Source: Eubacteriales bacterium
GTDB lineage: Bacteria; Bacillota; Clostridia; Oscillospirales; CAG-272
DNA: 64,000 nucleotides
Reading direction: 5' to 3'
Assembly (NCBI GenBank): GCA_045661245.1
Contig: JAZRFH010000010.1
Coordinates: 18,098 to 82,097 of the forward strand
Part shown: positions 42,172-51,060 of the stretch, piece by piece
Position numbering within the stretch: position 1 is the first letter of the stretch
Layout: each line of letters opens with the position of its first letter
Notes under the pieces: model-generated
What the model saw: the letters and a program-made list of their open reading frames with translations, nothing else
What the model was told of the DNA's origin: nothing
The model's database searches: none
Made by a program: the position numbers and the translations under genes

Positions 42172-42917
42172 TGATAAGTTTAATTGTAGCTGACATAAAA
42201 GATTTTAAAGACATGCAGGCCCGGTGTAAGGCTGATATAAACGGTTTGGAAGAGTCGTTTATTAAAACTCTCACAGATGCTCAAATCAGCACTGACGGAA
42301 AAAACAGAGATACGCTTTACACCCGACTTGCAGCATACAGAGTGCTTGAGCTGGTATATCCCGTGCTTTTCTGCAGCAAATACTGCGGAATATGGCGCGA
42401 TAAGGAAGGAAAACCGCATCTGAAGGCAGAAAATATAGGCATCTGTTCCCTGCCACCTGAGTTCAGCTTATCCCACAGCGGCGACCTTGTCGCTCTTGCT
42501 TTTTATAATAATTGCGTAGATAAAAAATGTAATTCTTATCAAATAGGTGTTGATATTGAGCTCCATAGGCAAATACCGCACAAGAAAAAAATAGAGCAAA
42601 AATACTTGCAAAATGTAAACGATAATTTACAAAACAGCAAAAAAACACAAAAAATCCCCTTGTTTTTAGCTCTTTCAGCTGACGGGAAAACGATAGAAAA
42701 TGTAAGTGAGCGCAAAAGCGCAGTGATAAAACAGGTAAGTCATAGTGAATGGGTGTTTTTTGACAAATGGACCAGGCTCGAAGCAACGCTTAAGGCAGAT
42801 GGAAGGGGCTTTGGCTCGATTGATTGCTTTGAAGAAAAATATTCTCGTGCTTACATATCAACCTACAGAATTAAATATAATGATAATGAGTATTCTCTCT
42901 CCCCGGCTCTGTTATAA
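42171..42917 (+). CDS. Sfp-type 4'-phosphopantetheinyl transferase
   Basis: GKP, FSLSHSG, IGVDIE, WTRLEATLKADGRG. Confidence 0.85.
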   Translation: MISLIVADIKDFKDMQARCKADINGLEESFIKTLTDAQISTDGKNRDTLYTRLAAYRVLELVYPVLFCSKYCGIWRDKEGKPHLKAENIGICSLPPEFSLSHSGDLVALAFYNNCVDKKCNSYQIGVDIELHRQIPHKKKIEQKYLQNVNDNLQNSKKTQKIPLFLALSADGKTIENVSERKSAVIKQVSHSEWVFFDKWTRLEATLKADGRGFGSIDCFEEKYSRAYISTYRIKYNDNEYSLSPALL

Positions 42918-43035
42918 GCCGGGGTTTTTATTATAAAGTGAATTTATTGTAAATGAAGAATAAACTTTTGTGGAATTCTGTTGAAAAAAAGCTCTCTATA
43001 ATATATAATTCTAATATAAACCGCAGGGAGGTTTT

Positions 43036-43599
43036 ATGTACAGAAATATCTGGAATGATATTATCCTTATGAATCTGAAGGATTTTGAAAACATAGGTAT
43101 TAGCTTTTATATAAATGTATTCACCTTTTGCGTTACGGTGTGCATTTGTATTGCAGGTGTTATCTTTGAGATTAACAGAGGTCAAATGAATCTTCTAATT
43201 AAGCAGTTAACCAGGCACGCTGCTACTGACGAAGAGAGTGCTAAGACACTTTCGGATTTAGGATTAAAGGATAAGAGAATTATTAAATACTTTCTCAACC
43301 GCCGCAGTCGTCTATCTACCCTTGTGTCAAGAGTCGGTGCACCCATTATATCGTACGAGGAATACATAAAAATGTCTGCTGTAAAGCGCAAGGAGCTTGA
43401 GAAATTTGATATAAGTACTGCAAGGTTTTATATATCCGAGGAAAATAAAGAGAGGGCTAATAAGGTGTTACACACCTATGCCTTTTCCTTGCCGAGGGCA
43501 ATACTCTTTTGTTTGTTTATTCTGCTCTTTTGGGCACTGATTACCGTGTTTTCTTATGAAATTATCTGCCTTATAAATACCGGTCTGGGACACCTTTAA
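43036..43599 (+). CDS. Hypothetical membrane protein
   Basis: Two TM segments; RBS GGAGG; TTGAAA-N17-TATAAT promoter at 42981-43009. Confidence 0.7.
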   Translation: MYRNIWNDIILMNLKDFENIGISFYINVFTFCVTVCICIAGVIFEINRGQMNLLIKQLTRHAATDEESAKTLSDLGLKDKRIIKYFLNRRSRLSTLVSRVGAPIISYEEYIKMSAVKRKELEKFDISTARFYISEENKERANKVLHTYAFSLPRAILFCLFILLFWALITVFSYEIICLINTGLGHL

Positions 43600-43714
43600 T
43601 TTGACACGGGTACTTGAAAAACACTTAAATTAATAACAATATTATATATTAAAATAAAAACAGCAGAAAGACCAACGTCCGAAGACTCAGGTGCTCCCTG
43701 CTGTTTTTATTTAT

Positions 43715-44608
43715 TTATACCTCGTCAAGAAAATCACTTCCGCATATCGTTTTTAAAAGCTCGTCAAGGTCCTCGTTGTCCTCGTAGAATAACGTTAGGG
43801 TCTTTTTTTTGCCCTTATCCTTAATTTTGGCTTTTCTGCCAAGCTGACGCTGGATTTTCAACTCCATCTCTCTCAAGTAATCGACAAAAGGAAGTTCTTC
43901 TTCGTTTTCTTCCTTTATTTTCTTGGGTCTGTTGATTTTTTTTACCTCTTCTTCAAGCTGACGGACCGACATATCACCCTCTGCTGCCATTTGAGCAAGC
44001 AAAAGCATATCCTCGGGGTCGCGAACTCCAAGCAAGGTTCTTGCATGCCCTGCGCTTAACTCGCGGCTTGCTACCATCGTAAGTATTTCCTCTGGCAAGT
44101 CAAGAAGTCTTAGGGTATTCGCTATTGCACTGCGGCTCTTTCCTATTCTTTCAGAAAGCTCCTCTTGGGTCATATCGTACTCAGTCCGCAGGGATTTATA
44201 AGCCATCGCCTCTTCAATTGGATTAAGGTCTTCACGCTGTATATTTTCAATAAGAGCAATCTCTGCAACCGCCTTATCGCTTTTATTAAGGATTATTGCA
44301 GGAATTTCTGCCATGCCTGCGAGCTTACATGCTCTGAATCGGCGTTCGCCTGCTATAATCTGATACCGGCCCTCACCGTATTCGCGCACAAGTATAGGCT
44401 GTAATAATCCATTCTCCTTTATAGAAGTGGCAAGCTCCTCAAGAGCTTCCTTATCAAAGTATTTTCTTGGTTGATCGCTCTTGGGGTCTACAAGTGATAT
44501 TCTGAGAGAATTTACACCTGTATTGTTTTTTTCTTCTTCTCTTGCACGAGTGTTATCTAAAAATATTGCATCTAGGCCTCTGCCAAGGCCGCTATTCTTT
44601 TTTGCCAT
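43715..44608 (-). CDS. parB: Chromosome partitioning protein ParB (Spo0J)
   Basis: GLGRGL, QPRK, IAGERRFRA, ENIQREDL. Confidence 0.97.
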   Translation of the reverse strand: MAKKNSGLGRGLDAIFLDNTRAREEEKNNTGVNSLRISLVDPKSDQPRKYFDKEALEELATSIKENGLLQPILVREYGEGRYQIIAGERRFRACKLAGMAEIPAIILNKSDKAVAEIALIENIQREDLNPIEEAMAYKSLRTEYDMTQEELSERIGKSRSAIANTLRLLDLPEEILTMVASRELSAGHARTLLGVRDPEDMLLLAQMAAEGDMSVRQLEEEVKKINRPKKIKEENEEELPFVDYLREMELKIQRQLGRKAKIKDKGKKKTLTLFYEDNEDLDELLKTICGSDFLDEV

Positions 44609-44716
44609 ATTAAACTCCATTCTTAATTAACTAGTATGCAAATTAACAAGATAATTGACAAAACGGTTTAAGTGTCAATTTAAAACCCTGATAAATTGGC
44701 TTTTGTGTTAAAAAAT

Positions 44717-44732
44717 TGTTTCACGTGAAACA
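44717..44732. promoter_or_regulatory. parS site
   Basis: Perfect TGTTTCACGTGAAACA. Confidence 0.95.
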
Positions 44733-44737
44733 TTAGA

Positions 44738-45499
44738 TTAGATACGCAACATAAGTTCTTTTGCTACTGCAGCATATTCTAAGGAACCCTTGCCGTATGG
44801 GTCATGATAACATATCGGCTCACCGTATCCCGGAGCCTCTGATATTCTTACAGTACGGGAAATAGGCACTTTAAATAAAGTATCGGCATAATATTTCTTT
44901 AACTCTGCAACAACTTGGTTAGTAAGTGTCAATCTACCGTTGTACATTGTAAGTAATATTCCTACAATCTGTAGAGCGGGATTGTATAACTCACGAATAC
45001 GTTTTACTGTATTTAATAGCTGCGACATACCTTCGAGTGAGTAAAACTCACATTGCATAGGAATTACAACACCGTCTGATATAGTTAATGCCTCTATTGT
45101 TAATAATCCAAGTGATGGTGGGCAATCAATGAATATGTAGTCGTAATCGTCCTTTATTGTGTCCAAAGCAATTTTAGTAAATCCAATACCCTCTTCGAGC
45201 TCGTACAATTCCCTTTCGGCTCCTGCAAGGTCTATAGTTGCCGGCAAAACTGATAAATTTTTGAATTTTGTCTTTACTATGGCATCACTAATTGGACAGT
45301 TCCCTATTATTACGTTATATATTGAGTTTTTTATCTTAGATTTAGATAAACCAAGCCCGCTTGTTGCATTTCCCTGTGGGTCCATGTCTATAAGCAATAC
45401 GTTTTTGCCCTTCTTGGCAATCTGCGCTGCGATATTAACACATGACGTAGTTTTTCCTACTCCGCCCTTTTGATTTGAGAAAGATACTACTTTTGCCAT
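44738..45499 (-). CDS. parA: ParA/Soj ATPase
   Basis: NQKGGVGKTT, DMDPQGNAT, DCPPSLG. Confidence 0.97.
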   Translation of the reverse strand: MAKVVSFSNQKGGVGKTTSCVNIAAQIAKKGKNVLLIDMDPQGNATSGLGLSKSKIKNSIYNVIIGNCPISDAIVKTKFKNLSVLPATIDLAGAERELYELEEGIGFTKIALDTIKDDYDYIFIDCPPSLGLLTIEALTISDGVVIPMQCEFYSLEGMSQLLNTVKRIRELYNPALQIVGILLTMYNGRLTLTNQVVAELKKYYADTLFKVPISRTVRISEAPGYGEPICYHDPYGKGSLEYAAVAKELMLRI

Positions 45500-45593
45500 T
45501 CTTTTCTCCGATATTTTATATTTTTATTATAATAAGTATATCATTTTTTAATAATTTTGTCAATATGTACTTATAATAACGTTTATAAACATT

Positions 45594-45609
45594 TGTTTCA
45601 CGTGAAACA
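45594..45609. promoter_or_regulatory. parS site
   Basis: Perfect TGTTTCACGTGAAACA. Confidence 0.95.
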
Positions 45610-45811
45610 CTTGTGAATTTTAAAAAAGTGTGTTCTTTTGATTGTATCCGGACAAATAAATCTTTAAAATAAAGAAAATATTAGAAGAAAAAGTTTGATT
45701 TGTAATAAATAGTAAAAAATACGAAAAGTAGTAAGTTGCTTAAATAATAATGCTTGACATGCTATTGTTTGTATGGTAAAATCAAATTACAATTATATTT
45801 AAGAGGAATAT

Positions 45812-46465
45812 ATGAAAACCAGATTATATTTAATAAGGCATGGTGAAAGCCTTGGAAATATGGAGAGAAGATTTCTTGGTCATACAGATTTGGATTTGTC
45901 AGAGCTTGGATATATTCAAGCAGATATGACTGCAAAGGCTTTAGCTGACGTGCACTTTGATTATATTTATTCGAGTGATTTGATAAGAGCTTATAATACC
46001 GCCTTGCCTCATGCTAAACTAAGAGGCTTGGAGATTCATACCTCAAAAGAGTTAAGAGAGATATACGTTGGTAAGTGGGAAGGGAAGACTGTTAACGAAA
46101 TTCTTGAAGAATACGAGGATTTGTTTATTAACGGGTGGAGAAGAAATTTCGGACTGACAACTCCGCCGGATGGGGAAAACGTTCTCTCGGGCGGTAAGCG
46201 ATTTTTTAGCGAGCTGAAGAGGATAGCGTCAGCGCACGATGGAAAGACTGTTTTTATTGCATCTCACGCGGCGGTGATTCGTTCATTTTGGTCAATTATT
46301 ATGGGGCTTAAACCTGAGGAATTTGCCGAAGGCTTACACTTTGCCGGTAATGCATCATTTTCTATCGTTGATTATGAAAACGGTAGATTTACCCCTATAG
46401 AATACTCAAACTCTCAGCATTTAGGTGAGCTTGCAACCTATGTTGACGAAAGAATTAAACAATAA
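45812..46465 (+). CDS. Histidine phosphatase family protein
   Basis: LIRHGES, SSDLIRA, SHAA. Confidence 0.9.
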   Translation: MKTRLYLIRHGESLGNMERRFLGHTDLDLSELGYIQADMTAKALADVHFDYIYSSDLIRAYNTALPHAKLRGLEIHTSKELREIYVGKWEGKTVNEILEEYEDLFINGWRRNFGLTTPPDGENVLSGGKRFFSELKRIASAHDGKTVFIASHAAVIRSFWSIIMGLKPEEFAEGLHFAGNASFSIVDYENGRFTPIEYSNSQHLGELATYVDERIKQ

Positions 46466-46593
46466 CATTATATAAGATTTTTTAGCTTTAATAGGCAGGC
46501 GTGTTAAAAAAAGGCACTTGGATTGCATTTTCCAAGTGCCTAAAACATTTCTATAATGTAAATAACTATTTACATTATACCTTTGCGTTTGTG

Positions 46594-48477
46594 TTAGAAG
46601 ACAAATTTCTTAAGTACAAAGAATAGACCGACAAGAACCGAAACACCGCCGACAGACGAGCCTGCAATTATTATAGCTGTTGTGCTGCCGTTGTTCGCGG
46701 AAAGCATGGGAACGTAAATAAATTCCTCGTTGCCGCAACGCTCGCATACCTTACGGTTAAGACCGTACTCGTTTTCTGTAGCCTCTTTAAATACTGTTTC
46801 TAAACCGTAAAGGTGGTTGAGTGCCTCGGTTACAGAGCCCTCTGTTATAAGCTCGTTGCATGCCTTACAGTGCACGTCACCGGTATAACCGCCCTGAGAG
46901 CAGGTCGCGTCCTTCTTACCAACAAGCTTTGTTTCTGCATGTGTGCAGGGGGTATTGCCGCCTGTATTGCCGCCTGTATTGCCGCCGGGATTGTCACCGC
47001 CTGTATTGCCGCCCGTGTTACCACCGGTGTTGCCGCCTGTTTGGGCAGCCTGTACCAAGTAGAATGAAATTTCAAAAAGGTCGGAGTTTGCAGGAGAGTG
47101 GGTGCTCCAGTTGTCTTTGTCTGCGTACCATTCAAGGTAATTATTGCGCGCAGTGTTTTTCACGTAGAACACTCCTGTTTTGCCTGCTTGGGGTTCAAGG
47201 CTCCAAGACTTATTTGCTCCGGTATCGTTCAGCGAGTTGTAGCTGTCAGCAAGTGCCAAAACCTTTCCGCTTGCAGACGTAAACGTATATGAGCCGTCGC
47301 CGTTTACCTTGACCGTAAATATCTCGTCATTTGTTATGTTATTAAAGTTGACTGTAGTATAATCAACGCCCTTGTTGTAAAAAGAGCCCGCTTCAATTTT
47401 TTGTACCGAGAGAGCCTTATTGTAAGCAGGTGCGCCTATAACAACCTTGTCGCCATCGTTCAGTGTTGTTGTGAGGTTGTAAACCGTACCGGGAGTCGGT
47501 GTAGGAGTTGTGCCACCGGTATTGCCGCCGGTATTACCACCGGTGTTTCCACCTGTGTTTCCGCCTGTGTTTCCACCCGTGCCGTTCTTAGCAGCACCCG
47601 AGGGGGTAGTCATATCATTGGGTACCTGTTTACCAAATATAAGCCAAGCAAGCTCGGGATAATCAATAAATACGTTTCTGTTACCCTGGATATTCTCAAT
47701 AACCTCGTTTCTGCCCATTTCCCAGGTGTCAACGGGGTCAAGCTCACACCACTCAAGCAACACGTCAACGCTTTGGAATACCTTAGTGATGCTTGTAGCT
47801 CCCCAATCACTATTCCATCTTACGTAAACGTAAAGGCAAATTCTTGCAACATCGCCCTTAACGTTGTCAAGGGGTTCGAAATAAGTGGAGTTATACGTAC
47901 CGCCAAGAACACCGACTGCGGGGTCAGTGCCGTATTTTGACGAAGCTCCGGAGCCTGATTCGCCGTACTTTTTATTTCCGCGCGAGCTGTTAACACCCGA
48001 ATCGGAAGGACGGATATGGTGAAGGTCTGCGCCACCACCGCTTGTGTTACCACCGCCAAGGCTCTGGGGCCAAACGTGCTCGCGGTTCCAACCGTTCCAC
48101 TGACTCATAGTAGCATCGTATGAGGTATATATAAGAGAAACCTTACCGTTATTCTGCTCACAATCTGTTTTGTCTGCTTTATAATGACAGTCGTCGTAAG
48201 AAGAGTTTTTTGTGTGAGTAGTCCTCATAAGCGTTTGAAGGGCACTAAACAGTGCGGTCGACGAAAGGTCGTCAAGACTGTCATACGTATTGCTTCCCGT
48301 GTAATAACTGCCCGCACTTGTGCCTGCAAGGCTAGTACACACCTCGTCACGGGTGCCCGAGTTTGAAGTTTTTGAGTATGTAGCAGGTGCCGCAGAAACA
48401 GAAATTGGCGGAATCTGTACCAGAATAACTATTGCGATAATAAGCAGTGCTAATAATTGCTTTATTCTTTGTTTCAT
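46594..48477 (-). CDS. Secreted, membrane-anchored endonuclease I-family nuclease
   Basis: Signal peptide; WNREHVWPQS, DLHHIRP, NSSRGN, KGDVAR, QGNRNVFID; GGNT linkers; C-terminal TM plus KK. Confidence 0.88.
   Translation of the reverse strand: MKQRIKQLLALLIIAIVILVQIPPISVSAAPATYSKTSNSGTRDEVCTSLAGTSAGSYYTGSNTYDSLDDLSSTALFSALQTLMRTTHTKNSSYDDCHYKADKTDCEQNNGKVSLIYTSYDATMSQWNGWNREHVWPQSLGGGNTSGGGADLHHIRPSDSGVNSSRGNKKYGESGSGASSKYGTDPAVGVLGGTYNSTYFEPLDNVKGDVARICLYVYVRWNSDWGATSITKVFQSVDVLLEWCELDPVDTWEMGRNEVIENIQGNRNVFIDYPELAWLIFGKQVPNDMTTPSGAAKNGTGGNTGGNTGGNTGGNTGGNTGGTTPTPTPGTVYNLTTTLNDGDKVVIGAPAYNKALSVQKIEAGSFYNKGVDYTTVNFNNITNDEIFTVKVNGDGSYTFTSASGKVLALADSYNSLNDTGANKSWSLEPQAGKTGVFYVKNTARNNYLEWYADKDNWSTHSPANSDLFEISFYLVQAAQTGGNTGGNTGGNTGGDNPGGNTGGNTGGNTPCTHAETKLVGKKDATCSQGGYTGDVHCKACNELITEGSVTEALNHLYGLETVFKEATENEYGLNRKVCERCGNEEFIYVPMLSANNGSTTAIIIAGSSVGGVSVLVGLFFVLKKFVF
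46951..47040. repeat. 12-bp coding repeat (GGNT)n, second linker
   Basis: TGTATTGCCGCC-type units. Confidence 0.85.
47512..47586. repeat. 12-bp coding repeat (GGNT)n, first linker
   Basis: Tandem GGNT codons with synonymous variation. Confidence 0.85.
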
Positions 48478-48652
48478 TTTATTCTCCTGACAGAGTAAAA
48501 ATTTACTTGCACAGTATAGTATAACATATCGCACAATAAAAGTAAAGCAAAATAATTAAATATTCGACATTTTGGAGAAGGCAAAAAAGAAAAGCCCATT
48601 TTCAAAAAGCAAACGGGCCTTATAAATATAAAAAGTAAATAATTATTTACAT

Positions 48653-49210
48653 TTACGATTCTGCGTCAGGAACAATTGCTATACCGTTATACACGCTGTC
48701 AAAGCAATCAGACGTATCAGGGACCTCAATTCTTACACCGTCTATTCGAATATATCGCAAAAAATCGTAGGTGTAGGTAGCCAGGGGACGATTGAACGCA
48801 TCGTCGGTTTGCGCGGCAACAAGGGTATCCTCTCCCTCAAAGCCTACAATTAAAAGAGTGTGATAAAATCCGTCTTCCTCGCGCCCGAGCTGAATGATAT
48901 CTCCTATTTCAACCTCGTCGGGCCCGACCTCTCTGCCAAACGGCCCCACGCCCTTGTTTTGTGTAATAAAATTATAAAAATACTGAACACCCGTCCAGGA
49001 CGGCGAGCGGTCGTCCAGTGATATAAAATACCAGCCAAAGGTGGGGGTGTAATTCATAACACAGCTGCCTGCGTATAGAGCCTGACTTACAAAATTAGTG
49101 CAATTGCCGCCTATGCCCTTAAAGCTGGCAAAAACGGGGTTCTGCGAAAACGCATATTTTCTTGCATACTCAACGGCTCTTTCTCTGTTGTATTGTTTGA
49201 CTACGAGCAT
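48653..49210 (-). CDS. Putative amidase domain protein (Amidase_6-like)
   Basis: YNRERAVEYA, GGNCTNFVSQAL, GDIIQ, YH. Confidence 0.82.
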   Translation of the reverse strand: MLVVKQYNRERAVEYARKYAFSQNPVFASFKGIGGNCTNFVSQALYAGSCVMNYTPTFGWYFISLDDRSPSWTGVQYFYNFITQNKGVGPFGREVGPDEVEIGDIIQLGREEDGFYHTLLIVGFEGEDTLVAAQTDDAFNRPLATYTYDFLRYIRIDGVRIEVPDTSDCFDSVYNGIAIVPDAES

Positions 49211-49336
49211 AATAACCCTTTCAATTAGTGAAATAGTATATCAATATTTTATGTAAGGCAGGGCTTTTTGTTGAAAAAATATCTTGTAAATATGCAAAAT
49301 ATATTGTATAATTAAATAAAAAACTTGGGGGACGCT

Positions 49337-50317
49337 ATGGACGAAAACAAAAGACCCGAATCTATGGAGCGCATAACAACTCGCGCATTGGCAGATGCAT
49401 TTATTGAAAGAGAGGTAGCCAAGGTACGTGCAGAGGTTGGCGACAAAAAGGTGCTTCTCGCACTTTCCGGCGGCGTTGACTCTTCAGTAGTTGCAGCTTT
49501 GCTTATCAAAGCAATAGGAAAGCAGCTTATATCCGTGCACGTAAATCACGGCCTTATGAGAAAGGGTGAGAGTGAGCAGGTTGTAGAGGTGTTCCGTAAT
49601 CAGCTTGATGCTAACCTTGTTTACGTTGACGCGACGGATAGATTTTTGTCCTTGCTTGAAGGTGTAAGCGACCCCGAGAAGAAGAGAAAGATTATCGGCG
49701 GTGAGTTTATTAAGGTTTTCGACGAGGAAGCGGCAAAGCTCTCCGGTGTTGAATTTCTTGCACAGGGAACAATTTACCCGGATATAATTGAGAGCAAGGG
49801 TGTAAAGGCTCACCACAACGTTGGCGGCTTGCCCGAGGATATGCAGTTGAAGCTCGTAGAGCCTGTAAAGCTGCTTTATAAGGACGAGGTACGCGTGGTT
49901 GGTGAGGCGCTTGGGTTGCCGCATAATATGGTATACCGTCAGCCGTTCCCCGGCCCCGGTCTTGGCGTACGTTGCCTTGGAGCTATTACCCGTGACAGAT
50001 TAAACGCCCTGCGCGAGGCTGATGCTATTTTGCGTGAGGAATTTGACAACGCAGGTCTTGCGGGCAAGGTATGGCAGTATTTTATCGCTGTGCCCGATAC
50101 AAAGAGTGTTGGCGTAAAAGACGACAAGCGTTACGAGGGCTGGCCTGCTATTATTCGTGCGGTGAATACAACCGATGCTATGAATGCAACGATTGAGGAA
50201 ATAGATTACTCGCTTCTTCATAAGATAACAGCGCGCATCACGGCTGAGGTTGAGGGCATTAACAGAGTGCTTTACGACCTCACTCCTAAACCTGTAGGAA
50301 CAATCGAGTGGGAATGA
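49337..50317 (+). CDS. guaA: GMP synthase ATP-pyrophosphatase and C-terminal domains (no GATase domain)
   Basis: SGGVDSS, QGTIYPD, HHNVGGLP, PFPGPGL, KPVGTIEWE. Confidence 0.9.
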   Translation: MDENKRPESMERITTRALADAFIEREVAKVRAEVGDKKVLLALSGGVDSSVVAALLIKAIGKQLISVHVNHGLMRKGESEQVVEVFRNQLDANLVYVDATDRFLSLLEGVSDPEKKRKIIGGEFIKVFDEEAAKLSGVEFLAQGTIYPDIIESKGVKAHHNVGGLPEDMQLKLVEPVKLLYKDEVRVVGEALGLPHNMVYRQPFPGPGLGVRCLGAITRDRLNALREADAILREEFDNAGLAGKVWQYFIAVPDTKSVGVKDDKRYEGWPAIIRAVNTTDAMNATIEEIDYSLLHKITARITAEVEGINRVLYDLTPKPVGTIEWE

Positions 50318-50340
50318 GTTTTGCACCGCAAAACTCAACT

Positions 50341-50484
50341 ATGATCGTTTCGCAGAGACGATCATATCATAACATTTGGCGAAGCCAAATTCATAACTCT
50401 AAACTCATAACTTTTCCGTTTTCATCTGCGAAACGAGTTATCAGTTATGATTGCCTGCGGCAAGTTATGATTGGCTTCGCCAAG
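50341..50484. repeat. REP-like composite palindrome
   Basis: ATGATCGT/ACGATCAT hairpin; TTGGCGAAGCCAA vs TTGGCTTCGCCAA; TCATAAC vs GTTATGA heptamers in inverted arrangement. Confidence 0.75.
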
Positions 50485-50506
50485 TTTAAATTTACAGGAG
50501 ATTAAA

Positions 50507-50638
50507 ATGGCAGACAGTGTATTGAGAACAAAATCCAAGGAATTTGCTAAGGATATCGTTTTTCGAATATTACTCTGTTTTTATAACACAAGCGGTACAC
50601 AATTGACACCACAGATAACAAAAATGCCTTCCCCATAG
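50507..50638 (+). pseudogene. Truncated four-helix-bundle (23S rRNA IVP-like) gene fragment
   Basis: RBS AGGAG; MADSVLRTKSKEFAKDIVF resembles the family N-terminus, then unrelated sequence and a stop after 43 codons. Confidence 0.55.
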
Positions 50639-50743
50639 ATTGAAAGAAGGCATTCTTTATTGTAATTTATCGGAAATTTATTAAAGGGACTCAAGATTTC
50701 GATATGAACGAGAGTCCCAAGCTTTTCACTGCACCAACTGTTT

Positions 50744-50962
50744 TTATCTGTTTTGGTTGTTGCTCTGACTGTTCTGACGATTCTGATTGTTCTGATTGTT
50801 CTGATTATTCTGGTTGTTCTGGTTGTTCTGATTGTTCTGGTTGTTACGGTTATTCTGATTATTCTGATTATTCTGATTATTCTGGTTGTTCTGGCTATTC
50901 TGGTTGTTCTGGCTATTCTGGTTGTTCTGGTTGTTGCGATTGTTCTGGTAATAGTTTTCCAT
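50744..50962 (-). CDS. 72-aa Asn/Gln-rich (QNN)n protein
   Basis: RBS AAGGAAGG before ATG 50962; 9-bp repeats vary mostly synonymously (AAC/AAT); downstream hairpins at 50686-50718 and 50621-50658. Confidence 0.72.
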   Translation of the reverse strand: MENYYQNNRNNQNNQNSQNNQNSQNNQNNQNNQNNQNNRNNQNNQNNQNNQNNQNNQNNQNRQNSQSNNQNR

Positions 50963-51002
50963 AATTAAAAACCTTCCTTTGTGTATTTGCAATTGTTTGC
51001 AA

Positions 51003-51035
51003 GTATAGTTTTTACAAAGCTTATACAAACTATAC
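51003..51035. promoter_or_regulatory. Palindromic bidirectional sigmaG-like promoter
   Basis: + strand GTATA-N18-CAAACTA; - strand GTATA-N18-AAAACTA; arms GTATAGTTT/AAACTATAC. Confidence 0.6.
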
Positions 51036-51060
51036 ATGAAAAAATTCGGGAGGTTTTTAT

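Noticed and set aside
50744-50950. CRISPR array (also considered at 6094-6368 and 46951-47586)
   Set aside because: Short tandem units without unique spacers; no cas genes
50704-50968. Plus-strand Cys/Ser-rich and Val/Leu/Ile-rich ORFs
   Set aside because: Alternative frames of the 9-bp repeat with no RBS; the minus-strand N/Q frame has the RBS and synonymous variation
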